A program made the position numbers and the translations under genes. A stretch of DNA of 64,000 bases from Podarcis gaigeae (taxonomy: Eukaryota): the NCBI GenBank assembly GCA_964106915.2, contig OZ066920.1. The stretch is one strand, 5' to 3'. Shown here piece by piece: positions 51,641 to 64,000 of the stretch (its first letter is position 1; every line of letters begins with the position of its first letter). The notes beneath the pieces were generated by a model, which saw only the letters and a list, made by a program, of their open reading frames with translations, searched no databases and was not told the DNA's origin.

Positions 51641-51882
51641 CAGTGGTACCTCAGGTTAAGTACTTAATTCGTTCCGGAGGTCCGTACTTAACCTGAAACT
51701 GTTCTTAACCTGAAGCACCACTTTAGCTAATGGGGCCTCCTGCTGCCGCCGTGCTGCTGGAGCACGATTTCTGTTCTCATCCTGAAGCAAAGTTCTTAAC
51801 CTGAAGCACTATTTCTGGGTTAGCGGAGTCTGTAACCTGAAGTGTATGTAACCTGAAGAGTATGTAACCTGAGGTACCACTG
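51641..51882. mobile_element. pogo/Tigger-like MITE, full length
   Basis: TA|CAGTGGTACCTCAGGTTA...TAACCTGAGGTACCACTG TIRs. Confidence 0.92.
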
Positions 51883-54540
51883 TTTATGAACTGGGTCACA
51901 GCAGCCTTCACACTTTGGGAAAGTGGGATCCTTACAGTTTAGAATGCCACTAAAAATATGGTATGTGTGTTCATCCTGGTATGTGTGTTCAACCTGACAG
52001 AAATTTCTAGAACTATTTCCGGCGTGGACTGCTGCCATCATACTTTGCATCTCACTTCCACACACTGCTGATAGTAGCTGCCTGTGGGGGGCACGAGAAC
52101 ACCTAAAATGATAGTAACAATCCATATTACTAGCTGTAGAACATATAGCCAGGACAGGAATTACACTTGGAGGCCTATTTGGGTGATAAATGTAACCACT
52201 TGCAGTTCTATTCTGGTTGCATGTAACACTTGTAAAATAGAGGTACTATCTCAACAAGGAAATCAAATCCAGGTATTTTATCAGCATTCACTACCATTTT
52301 GGGAGGAATTCTGAATGCAGTTTTTAAAAAAGAAAATTAACTAAAGTCAAACAATAAAACTATGCTGGAAATACTGGTGTCTATGCCTCTGGGTTTCTTC
52401 CAAAGTATTTGCAAAGCAGTTATCAAAACTGCAGCGGCATCTGAAATATGGCAATAATCATGGAAGAGGTGGCTGCATGAATTGCTTTTGCAACATTATG
52501 ATTTTGCCTTAAAGATGAAATAAGTATTGCTGTGAGAAATTGTGTTTTGTATGGAGTTCTTCGCAGCTCACATTGAAGATTTCCTTTCCTCTTTTAAATA
52601 TTGCAAGACAAAGGAAGAAGAACAGAGGACAGGAAATGAAGCAGACATGTAGTACATCTTTCCCCAACCTGATGCTCTCCAGAGGTTGTGGTACTCCAAT
52701 TCCCATCAGCTCTAATGGTCAGGGATGACAGGACTGTAGGCCAACACATAGTTGGGGAAGGCTGATGCAGAGAATTGAGATATCATTTCCAGTTCCAACT
52801 TGGGAAGATGCTTTATTATGTTATATGCTAAATTCATACTAAAACATTTGCTGCAGCAACAACAATATTGTCTACAGTATGAGCAGTCATTTATTATTGT
52901 ATTTCATCTAAATAAATTAAACACTGCTAGCATGAGAACATGGAATAGGAAGAGCTTTTAATAAGCAATCCCATACATATTTCTTCAGAAGTAAGCCACA
53001 CTTCTGTTCATTGTGGCATAGTCAGGCAAATGCTGGGGCACACATCACATACCTTCCAACTTTTTCCAATGCAAAACTGGGGTGCACATCTTCTGGGATG
53101 TGCTTCTAGATAAGTCATGGGACCCATGTCTCACTTCACCTTGGGGGGGAACTTTTTGTGGGTGAGATCTCACACACAGCCCAAAAACATGTGTTGTGGG
53201 TGCTGTGCAAGATAGCAGCCTCCCCAAAACATGCTTTTTCAGGGTGAGAGGTCAGCATGAGAGCACAAGGGATCATGACACCCAAAATGGCCACCAACAC
53301 CTTGCAAGAAAAAACAGGATGTTCTCTTTTTTCCAGTGCACTTGGAAGGTACTGTATAACATAAGTGCTGATACTTATTGGGGGGGCACTGCTGACCACA
53401 ACTCTCTTCTTTGGTCCTTTCAGTGGTCACAATTGTGACTACCACCTTTATTTCCCCAAAATACAATGTGCCATGTTAACTCTTTTGGCTTTATCTGATT
53501 AATATTTTCTTTTTTCATGGTCATTATTTTCTAATGCCTGTGGTAATGGGATATGTATACTATTTTAAAAATGCATTACAATTGATTCTACCAAGAATCC
53601 CCATAAAATCTTTTCTATGACATCATACATTCCACTCAATTTTGACAAATTTTTAGGTTGGGGTGGTCATCTGTCAGTTTCCTGAACCATGCTGATGTCA
53701 CAAATTCAATACTGAAACAGGTCTATAGGGCATCAAGATATTGCAAAATCCAACAAGCATGCTGTGGTAGCTGATAGTGTTGTAGATTTGTAGGGACTCT
53801 TTAAATGGCTCCTGGCCTAAAATATAGTACCCTTGTGGTAAGATGTTCCAGATCAGTCCTTGGCACCATGCCTCAAGCCATTCTGCATAATGCTGCAGGC
53901 ACCACATTCTCACCAGAATTTAACAGAAGAAGGTTCCGCTGAAGCTTCTGAGGCAGATGATGCAACTATTTGGCCTGATGCCAGTAATGCAGAAGTAGAG
54001 CAACAACCATGGCTCAGGAGGCAGAGAGGGGACAGAGCTTCTAGGACATGGCTTCTAAATAATGTAATTTGCTTCTGATTAAGTACTTCAGCTGCAGTCG
54101 GTATTCCCTAAATCTTAGCACCAATTATTCACAGGTACCCAAAGCCTGAAGCACATTATAGCCCTGAAGAAACATGTAAGCTAATGAATATGGACATTTT
54201 TTTAAAAAAAGTTGAACACATGACATTTCTCCTGTGGAATAATAGAAGTGACATATTTCATGTTAAGAGGCAACCTATCCGTTGCTTCTACCCCAAAGAG
54301 ATGAGGACTAATTTACACTTCATAAAAGTGTCTTGCAATTAGCAACACCTACATTACATTTCTATGAAGGAATCTTCACATTCTGTAGGGAACGCCAGCT
54401 GCTAGAAGGCTTCTCTTGAAAAGCCTGCTATAGAGCGTACACGAACAACATTCCCAGGGATATTGTGCGGAGGGCAATGATAAAGAAGCCCCACTCCCAT
54501 GCTGTAGAAGAGTGCTGGGAGAAATTATGCTCCTCTAGAT

Positions 54541-54678
54541 CAGCGGTTCTCAACCTGTGGGTCCCCAGATGTTGTTGGACTACAACTCCCATCATCCCTA
54601 AACTCTGGTCTTGCTAGCTAGGGGTGATGGGAGTTGTAGTTCAACAACATCTGGGGACCCACAGGTTGAGAAAGGCTG
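54541..54678. mobile_element. Young hAT-Charlie-like palindromic MITE
   Basis: Near-perfect hairpin; perfect 8-bp TSD CTCTAGAT. Confidence 0.92.
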
Positions 54679-55599
54679 CTCTAGATGTTGTTGGATTCCA
54701 CCTCCCATCATTCCCATCAACATGGCCATCCAGTGGCCAGAGAGGATGTGAATTGTATTTCCCCCTTCCATCTGGTTTTCTGTTCCTCTCTCAACAGTTA
54801 GTTGTGGCCACTGAATGTTCTCAACCTCAATGGAAAATTTTATTGGTTCTTCCCCCTGTTCCTTCACCAATATGCCCTTATAGTTTTCCAAAGTTTGGGG
54901 TTCCCACAAACCCCTCTTCTTCATGGTTGGCGCTGTTTTGGCTACATAAGCAACAGCATCAGCAATAGAGGGAATGATGACTAGATGCAGCAACGTAGAT
55001 GAAAAGTTTCCTCCTTTGGGAATTTCTCTGATCCTTGAGGAAATGATGCAGAGGACCTAGCTGTAGCTACCTTCTTCAGAAGAAAGAAGATGCAGCAATG
55101 CCTGAGGCAAGGTTTTCTCTGAAGTAACACCGGGCTTCTCTAGGGAGGAGGAGCATCAGCTCAGCTCATTCTTAATTTAAATGGAGAGCTACGATGTGTT
55201 ATACACACAGGTATTCTAACTGGGACTTTTTTTGGGATGCTACCTATTTTCTATCTATCAAATCTATCTACATTCACAGTGAAACAATGGCAATAATACA
55301 AAAGTATAAAATATAAATAAATCAGGGCAAGAGGAGACATCCAGCAGTAGCAGTGGATGATCAGTGGATGCAAAGAGGTGGCAAAACTAAGACGAGACAG
55401 CCTTCAAGGAGGATTAGAAAATGTTTGTTGATTGGTTTTTTTTAAAAAAATATTGTAAACATGTTAAAATGCTAGCAGGTTTGGAGTAAGCTCAGCAGGA
55501 AAAGTTATTCTGAGAATAAAGTGGAGGAAAGAATGTATAGATTAACTATAATATGCAGCAGCAATAGATAATTTGAGGAATCTATGGAAGGGTGGAAGT

Positions 55600-55910
55600 A
55601 GGGTTGCCATATTTCAGTGAAAATCCAGACAGAACTTTTTGACAGAGTTGTGTGTGCTTTTTTGGGGGGGGAGGGGTTGGGCCAAAGTTGTTGAGCGTTT
55701 CTTAGTTTTGCCCAAAGTTGTTATGCAAAAAGACATTGTCATTTTTGAGCTTTTTTTGGGGGGGGGGAGATTGACAAAAACAGCACTGTTGCCATGAACT
55801 GCCATACATCCAGATTTTCCCAGATATTTTGTTGATTTCCGCCTGGACACTGCTGCCGACTGCAGTATTCCAGATATGTCTGGGAAATTCAGAACATAGT
55901 GGAAGCCCTA
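55600..55910. mobile_element. hAT-like MITE (TAGGGTTGCC type)
   Basis: AGGGTTGCCA...GGAAGCCCTA ends; GTGGAAGT duplicated on both sides. Confidence 0.7.
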
Positions 55911-56092
55911 GTGGAAGTTGACTATCAAGAAAATGTCTATTGGAAAATGTTTGACCAATTGTATTGTATTTTTGGAAAATTTATAAATAAAATAAGAGAG
56001 GAGAGGTGCTTTCCCCACCCATCTGGAAGTTCTTCAGTCTTTCTTCTGCAGTCCATCACTCACTGATAGATACGTCTGTAAATACTAAATAT

Positions 56093-56135
56093 GGACCTCC
56101 GGAACGAATTAAGTACTTAATCTGAGGTACCACTG
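56093..56135. mobile_element. pogo/Tigger-like MITE end fragment
   Basis: Reverse complement of the first about 43 nt of the 51641 copy, ending CACTG|TA. Confidence 0.85.
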
Positions 56136-56797
56136 TATTGTTAATTTAAGTAGTGCATGACTGAACACATCATGGAAAGTCCCAGAAAAAACATAACTTT
56201 GGCACGCTCCTTCATATTTTCCATTCCTAACATCGTGGGATATGAGACAGGTATTTTGATCCTGCATGCAAGGATACGCAATGCATTCTGAGCCAAGGCC
56301 TCAGAGAGATTTGGGGCTTGTCAGAGGCGAAGGAGAAACTATATGTGGCAGCATGAGTCCCTGAAGCACTTTGTGGCATCTTAAATATTCCATATTTATT
56401 TTATTTTTTTAAGCTGCAGACAAGAGACTACCGGTACTCAAAACAAAACTAAAAGGGTGGATTCTAGCATTTGGCAAATGAACTTTGGTTTGCACCATGA
56501 CTTCATCACTGCCTCCCTGAAGTCACACATGCACCCCTCCAAATCTGCTCCAGAGAGCCCCCCAAATTCTTCAGAGAAGATTTTGAGGGTGTGCAGGAGA
56601 CTGGAGAGTGGGGAAGAGAAGCTGTAGTAGTAGTAGTAGTTTATTAATTAAATTTCTATACTGCCTCTCATAGGAGCCGTCTCCTAGGGGCTGAAGGGGT
56701 TTTGGTTCCCCCAAGAAAATATCTGGGAGGGTCAGGCCCTCCCAAAGTTGATGGGCATTGCCATTCAAACAATGTGTGTGCACCATGCCATGTGATC

Positions 56798-56841
<44 letters not shown>

Positions 56842-57240
56842 ATTTTATTTATATCCCGCCCTCCCCAGGCGAAGCTGGGCTCAGGGCGGCTAACAACAAT
56901 AAAATAGTACAAAATTCTAAAATCATTCATTCTAAAATTAATTCAAATCAAATTGATGGCAACCATTGGGCTAGAGATTGCCAAAGGAGGGAGTCAGGCT
57001 GTGCCCTGGCCAAAGGCCTGGTGGAACAGCTCTGTCTTGCAGGCCCTGTGGAAAGATGTCAAGTCCCACAGGGCCCTAGTCTCTTGTGACACAGCGTTCC
57101 ACCAGATCGGAGCCACAACCGAAAAAGCCCTGGCTCTAGTTGAGGCCAGCCTAACCTCTCTGTGGCCTGGGACCTGCAAGATGTTTTTATTTGAAGACTG
57201 TAAGTTCCTCTGTGGGACATACCAGGAGAGGCGGTCCCCA
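56798..57240 (-). mobile_element. L2 LINE 3' end with (AAT)n tail
   Basis: ORF 56994-57179 (RARAFSVVAPIWWNA..ETRA..LTSFHRACKTELFHQAF) is a typical L2 ORF2 C-terminus. An older L2 piece follows to about 57750. Confidence 0.88.
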
Positions 57241-59459
57241 GGTACGAGCCCAGACCCCCCGCCCCCAATATTTTATGCAAGTTGGCCCTGCTGCCCTTTA
57301 TCTAAGGGTCACAGGGTGGTTTACAATATAAAAACACAAAAATACATGCCATAGTAACAAACAAATCCCCTACCACCAGTTTAAAAGGCCATAAATTGTT
57401 TAATTAGCTAAAGACCTAGGAGAAGAGGAATGTTTTTTCCTAGCACCTAGGGATATGAAACAAAGACACCAGACAACCCTCCCTGGGGAGAACATTCAAC
57501 AAGTTGGGATCCACAAGAGATAAGGTCCGTTCTCCTTTTGCCACCCTCTGGACCTCTCACAGACGACGCACATGAAGAAGGACCTCAAATGATGATGGTA
57601 GGATCCACGTTGGTTCATATCGGGGGAAGTGGTCCTTAAGTTATTGCAGTCCTGAACAATTTATGGCTTTATAAGTCAAAACCAGCACTTTGAATTAGGC
57701 CTGGAAACTAATTGGCAGCCAGTGAACTCAGTTCAGGATTGGCATTATATACTAAAAAAAGTCACAGAAATGAAAAAATGGCAGGCTTCATTTCAGCCCC
57801 TTCTATTCTCATTTGTAAATGAGAAGTAAAGAATAAGCACCTCATCAAAATACTAGATGACAAAGTAAAGACAATATCAGAGCTGGCCCTCCAGATGTTG
57901 TTCAACTCCCATTAGCTCCAGCCAGCATGGCTAATGGTTGGAGATGATGGGGGTTGCAGTACAACATCTGGAGAGCCACAGGTTCCTCATTCGTAGACCA
58001 GAGGGAGAAAAAGGCATGGAAATGTCAAATCGTCAGCTTAGTAGTACTAGTAACAGTTCAAGCACGTCTTCAGATGATCTTTGGTCATATTTTGTGGCTT
58101 TAACATTGTGGAAAGATAAAAGCCAGAAGAAAAGTCATATTCTGCTGATTTTCAAGTTCATCCAAATGCTCTTAGCACCTGTTCTTTGGTTTCCCCCCCT
58201 CATTATGTATTTACCTTGGGAAATGTAACATTTCATTCTTGGGAAGAGAGAGAGAGAAGGAGAAAGAATTGTATGAGAGGCAGAGGGAGGTAGAGATAGC
58301 CTTGAGGAAACAGCTGCATCCACTGAATGCAGCTGCATCCACTGAACTTCCTTATAGTGTCACTTTCCATTTCATCATCCTCAGGTAAGAGTTGTCATAA
58401 AAGCTTTATATAATCTGAAACTGCAGTAGTTTCACTTTATGCACATCTTCTCTTTGTACCCATCCTCAATGGTGAAATGCTGTCAAGGTTTCTTCTAGTG
58501 TAGCCCATACAGGTGTATCTTGAAAGAAGAGCTCTCTCACATTCATTTCATTGCATGTCTGCGCATTCAGTGGATTAGGGATCATAGAGCTCTGCACACA
58601 CAGAGCTGTATCCATATGACAGTGAACTCGGATTATGCAGAATTCCTGGCCTTGTGGAAGCCGCTGCATGGGTGCAGTTGCATACATGTCAGGACATTTT
58701 TCAAGTTCAGCTGAAAGCATGGGAATCAGGGGACATGGCAAAAGGAGCAAACTATATGTTAACCTGATGGTGGTTGTGTATGGTTAGTAGATTTATTTTG
58801 TTTTAAGCTGTACTTGGGGTTTTTTTTGTATTCTGCCCTGGGATCTTATGGTAAAGAGTGGGTGAGAAATCTAATAAATAACAAACAATAGCAGCAACAA
58901 CATTGTTCCTGAATTTTAGAATGCTATACTCAGAACCAAGTCTCATTGAGTTCAGTTGGTCATATTCCAGGCTATGTGCATAAGACTGCTACCTTACCTG
59001 GGACATAAACCCCACTGAAGTCAATAGGACTTCTGAGTAGATGTAGATAGGTCTGTGCTATAGGGCAGGAAGCCACTGGAGTATCAAATACATTTTATTT
59101 GCCTGCTTTATTTTATAAAGTAAATGGAGTCCAATTCCATGACTCCATTCATAAACCTTTGACTCTCTATGTGAAGGACCCAGTGCACTTACTGAAAGCT
59201 TAGCAGAGCAGATGCTTGATGTACTTTCCTATCTGTAGATGACCTTATAAATGAAATACGCTGCTCTTTGAAACCAAAAATTAATATGTCTTCATCTAGC
59301 AAATGCTGTAAATCATCACTGGATTACACTAGATTGAGACAGAGGAAATGGATAGTGTAAGCAGAACATAATACATTTCATTCTTGGTGAAACATTGTTT
59401 ACTAATTATATTATGATTCTATCAACTGTCTTGGAAACTCCTCAGACAGAACACTATAG

Positions 59460-59594
59460 CAGGCATAGGCAAACTCGGCCCTCCAGATGTTTTGAGACTA
59501 CAATTCCCATCATCTCTGACTACTGGTCCTGTTAGCTAGTGATCATGGGAGTTGAAGTCCCAAAACATCTGGAGGGCCGAGTTTGCCTATGCTG
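59460..59594. mobile_element. hAT-Charlie-like palindromic MITE
   Basis: Long TIRs; TSD CACTATAG/CACTTTAG. Confidence 0.9.
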
Positions 59595-60349
59595 CACTTT
59601 AGCCTGCCAATTCAGTTTTATTTTGAGTGGCCTTGTATGGTCTAAAAATCAGCAAAAACCACCTTTTCCAGATTTTATGTTTTAGAGCTATGTTACAACA
59701 AGCCCCCAGTAGATATATAGAGGAAAATAAACAGTCCACTAGTTTATCAGGTTGCTGTTAGTGTTGCTTTGGACAAATGGTTAGATAGCAGAAAGTAAAT
59801 GAATTCTTACTTCTCTTTCACACAACAATGGCATATCTGGATGGGAATCTTGCCCTCTCTCATTCCAGTATTTTATATGTGATATTTTGAAGTATAGGAA
59901 GAGTAAGGATGAGTGAATCTCTTGATTTTGGTTTCTCTAAAAATTCATGTGTGTTTTAGTGCATATTTATCTTAATATACCTATTTCAAATGCATTTTTG
60001 CCCAATATAATACATTTTACATGCCATTTTCACGAATATATGGGTTTATATGCACACATTAGCCTAGTATGTACATTTTTGTACATGGTACTTAGCTGGA
60101 GCACTGCATTGCAAAATTCAGAGAAATGTGAATTTGTAGTTCATGTATTGTTTCAGAAAGTTCACTTTTAAATGTGAACGGAATCAAAATTTCCCACCAA
60201 GGGGAAGAGTTACTCCAAAAGATTCAAAACACAACAGTAGAACTCAACGCCCTAATTGTGCCTTGGGTCACTTAGACAGGACAGCTTGTGCTAGCTGTTT
60301 TCATCCCCATCTATTAAGAAAATATGAGAGCGCTTGCACGGTTCATTAA

Positions 60350-60707
60350 GGGACGCGGGTGGAGCTGTGGGATAAACCACAGAGCCTAGGACTTGCCGAT
60401 CAGAAGGTCAGCGGTTTGAATCCCCGCGATGGGGTGAGCTCCCATTGCTCGGTCCCTGCTCCTGCCAACCTAGAGTTCGAAAGCACGTCAAAGTGCAAGT
60501 AGATAAATAGGTACAGCTCCTGCGGGAAGGTAAACAGTGTTTCTGTGCGCTGCTCTGGTTCACCAGAAGCAGCTTAGTCATGCTGGCCACATGACCCAGA
60601 AGCTGTACACCGGCTCCCTTGGCCAATAAAGCGAGATGAGTGCCGAAACCCCAGAGTCGGCCACAACTGGACCTAATTGTCAGGGGTCCCTTTACCTTTA
60701 CCTTTAC
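60350..60707 (+). mobile_element. Sauria SINE
   Basis: Consensus motifs; TSD CTTGCACGGTTC/CTTGCATGGTTC. Confidence 0.96.
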
Positions 60708-61272
60708 CTTGCATGGTTCGTAAGGCAGAAGGTTCTTTGAAAACCTTATCTGAAACCTGGGAATGTGCCATGATGGAATGATGTATTGGGCTGCAGTCCA
60801 TGAGGTTGTGGGTAGTCATAGGAAGTTATTACAATCCCTGAAGCACAGGTGAGCAATTTTCAGGGTTCTGCAACATCTAGAAACTTAATTGCTGGTAATT
60901 AGCCGGTTGGTCAGGGTAGGGCTAACAACCACGGGTCATCCTTTCATGTAACCGAGAGCTGACTATATTCCCCTCACAAAGCCACAATTCTCAGTGTTCC
61001 CTGGAAAGATGGATTGATTGTTAAACCACCCTGGGGATTGTGTAGCTCCGTGAGGGAAATAGGGAACCCATAACAACACTTAGCACCCTTAACAAGCTCC
61101 CAGAATTCTTTGGAAGAAGCCATGAATCTTTAAAATTATATCAAGGTTTGAATGTATGGTGTGAATGTGGCCTGTGATGAGATCCAAGGAGCTTCATGAT
61201 GGAGTGGGGATTTGAACCTTGGTTTCCTCAGGTAGGGTTGCTGACCACATTTCTCCTTCTTATGTTATTGAC

Positions 61273-61276
<4 letters not shown>

Positions 61277-61312
<36 letters not shown>
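61277..61312. repeat. (GT)n microsatellite
   Basis: Direct observation. Confidence 0.98.
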
Positions 61313-61313
<1 letters not shown>

Positions 61314-62932
61314 GGCTGCACATATTTTCTGTGTGGCTTCTCGTGCCAGATAAAAACTGAACCCTAGTGAGTAATACAACATTACTTGATAGAAATAAAA
61401 ATAAAATAAGGAAATCCAGGATGAATTCATCTCAGGAAAAGCAGTGGAGGTCTTTCATTTCTGCATGCACAAGAGGCCTCAGGCAGGCATCTTGCCATTT
61501 ACTGTTAACGGATGTTCATAAATGGCAGATATACATCTTACAATCCCAGATCAGAAGTAGCCCCGGACATATTCTGGGAAATGTTTTATTTTCCCTGCAC
61601 ATCTCTCACAACAATAGACCCTTTACAGCTCTTCCTCTATTTTGGAATAACATGCAACACCACAATCACTTGCTCTATCTACTGCCTGTATGAAATTATT
61701 TATTTTGCTTTTCCTTCAGTGCTGAATAATGCCTGAAGTTTTCAATAACAACTAATAAATCTTGTATTTATATCAGCATGAAAGGTCACACTGGTAGATT
61801 TGTTTCCTATAACTGCTCTTGAATAAATAAAATAATAAACAGTGACAGTGTATGGAGTTTTATAATGCAATTTGTACATGTTTTCAATTCTCTCGCTCAT
61901 CCTTGTTTTACAGATTAAATTACTGGAATAAGCTGGCCATCCTCCAGCTATTAATAAAATCCCTCCAGACACTCCACTTTATAAACCTTGAAAACAGCAT
62001 CTGTAGCAAGCTGTAAAATATTAATCCAGAGCTCAGGAACAAAAGATACTGGTGCTGTTCTGAAAACTAAAGTGCTAAGAACAAATAAAAGCATATTCAC
62101 AACATCACATTGAATAGCACAGGCAGGCATGTACACACGAGCATGCACACGTCCTCAGAAGGTCTTGCTCAGTAGATTTATAGACCAAGTTATTGTTATT
62201 ATTGCTATTACAAGCAAGCAGCTTCTACATAGTCATCTCAAGGCGGTGAATAGTAAAACAGCATAAAAAAGTTTTAAAATGGTAAACCTTCACTGATCCA
62301 AATGGGCCAGAAAAACACATCAGGGTGAGGAAGTAGATGCCCAGGGGCACATCCATTGAGGAGCATGCTCAAGCGCGGGGATGCTTGAGAAATTTGATCT
62401 TGGCCTGATTTGCACCTCTTGGCTTAATCAGAAGGTAGTTACCCTTTGTATTCATTGGAATCTTTATTAAGGGTGCTGAGAGTTGTTATGAAACCCCTAT
62501 AAAAACCAGCCCTCCTTCCCAGGGAACTCTGGGAATTGTATCTCTCAGCACCCTCAACACTCAAAACCACCTGGGAGGAAATGAGTAGAACTCACATCCA
62601 TGTTACTAGATGCTTGAGGAAGTTGATCTTTGCAAAATTGGATAAGGACTGGCTGGCCCTCCACCCTCCATGACTAATGTGCAGCTTGGAACATAGCCAC
62701 CCACTGGAGTTTATGCTTAGCAAATGTAGTGACACAATTCTTGGCTCAATATTCACACCAGTGTGCATTTTAAAATACAATTAGAAATGAATATATCTAG
62801 TCATTTGTATTCTAAGAGAAAATGTGTTTCAATGTGTATTTAAATATATATTTTAATATGTTTTGTGCAGGGGTTTTTTAATTAAAAAAAACACCTTGCA
62901 AATTATTGCAGACATGGAGTAGAACCAACTTA

Positions 62933-63270
62933 AAGGTAAAGGGACTCCTGAACATTAGGTCCAGTTGTGACCAACTCTGGGGTTGCGGCGCTCATCTCAC
63001 TTTATTGGCCAAGGGAGCCAGCGTACAGCTTCTGGGTCATGTGGCCAGCATGACGAAGCCGCTTCTGGTGAACCAGAGCAGCACACAGAAATACCATTTG
63101 CCTTCCCGCTGGAGCGGTACCTATTTATCTACTTGCACTTTGTGCTTTCGAACTGCTAGGTTGGCAGGAGCAGGGACTAAGCAATAGGAGCTTACCTCGT
63201 CGTTGGGATTCGAACCACCAACCTTCTGATCAGCAAGCCCTAGGCTCTGTGGTTTAACCCACAGCATCCC
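62933..63270 (-). mobile_element. Sauria SINE
   Basis: Consensus motifs; TSD AGAACCAACTTA. Confidence 0.95.
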
Positions 63271-64000
63271 AGAACCAACTTACAAGTGACATATATGAAC
63301 GTGGCATTAAACAGAAATAGACTGATGTACCTGTCCCTACTATTCTCCCTGGCCATTGCAAGAGGAAACAATTTTGTCACTTTCCCTGATTAGGTCCAAT
63401 TCCTGGCCAGCCAACATGGCCAGAAGCTGAATATTCCCCTGCTGAGGTGAACTACATTTGGATAAGAGGCAGTTTTGCTTTATCTTTCAGCATTTACTAT
63501 TCACAGGAAAGCCATTTGTAGAAAGTGTGTTTTCACTTTCAACCATGTATCACTTGAGGGGGGGAAATGTTTGGGAAAATGTCTCTTCCTGAGAAGTCTA
63601 CATTTTAAGCATTTAAGAAAGAAAAGCTCTTCTGTCAAAATGGCAGGGAAGTGGCTGCTCATTTTCCCTTGTTATCTTTTCTAAATTGTGCTTTTCACAT
63701 GCTTGCACTGACAAAGAAGGATGGGGAGGGAAAGGAGACAGAGAGGCAAGCAGGTAGATTGAGGACATCTGTTGGAAATCTTGTTTACTCTGCCCACTTA
63801 CTCGGTGCCTTGCATTCCTCAGAAAAGGCAGCACTTTAATTGCCCATTTCCTACCGACATTAGATGTGCTTAATTGGCCTAGAAGTGATTCTCTGGGAGT
63901 GCTGAGACAGGGAAAAAGCCACCATCCTCTGGGATAAGAGCAGGCCTGTCCCCCCCCCCTCCTCTTTCTTCACTGTAATGGGACTGCAAAATAGCATTTT

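Noticed and set aside
53860-54078. Acidic 72-aa ORF
   Set aside because: No identifiable homology or consistent splice sites.
58311-58346. Short direct repeats (also near 2788, 18090 and 35681) as a CRISPR-like or other array
   Set aside because: Only two or three adjacent units with no spacers, in eukaryotic DNA; ordinary slippage duplications.

Overview
Repeat-rich, AT-rich vertebrate DNA, almost certainly from a squamate and probably a lacertid-type lizard (inferred from many Sauria SINEs with a Bov-B LINE). It looks intronic or intergenic, and most ORFs in the supplied track are artefacts of transposons or microsatellites. Main observations: (1) the 5' end of a betaretrovirus-like endogenous retrovirus on the minus strand (LTR 743-421, PBS complementary to elongator tRNA-Met, splice donor, myristoylated Gag start running off the window), with an open, basic, possibly CUG-initiated pre-gag ORF; (2) a U2 snRNA 5' fragment fused to the head of a complete Sauria SINE inside one target-site duplication; (3) a Penelope-like element with an inverted pLTR carrying a minimal hammerhead ribozyme; (4) one plausible minus-strand host exon (6893-6700) that I cannot assign to a gene. 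The rest is CR1, L2, RTE and Bov-B fragments, solo LTRs, hAT and pogo-type MITEs, tRNA-derived SINEs and microsatellites. Family names come from remembered consensus motifs, not database searches, and edges of old elements are approximate.
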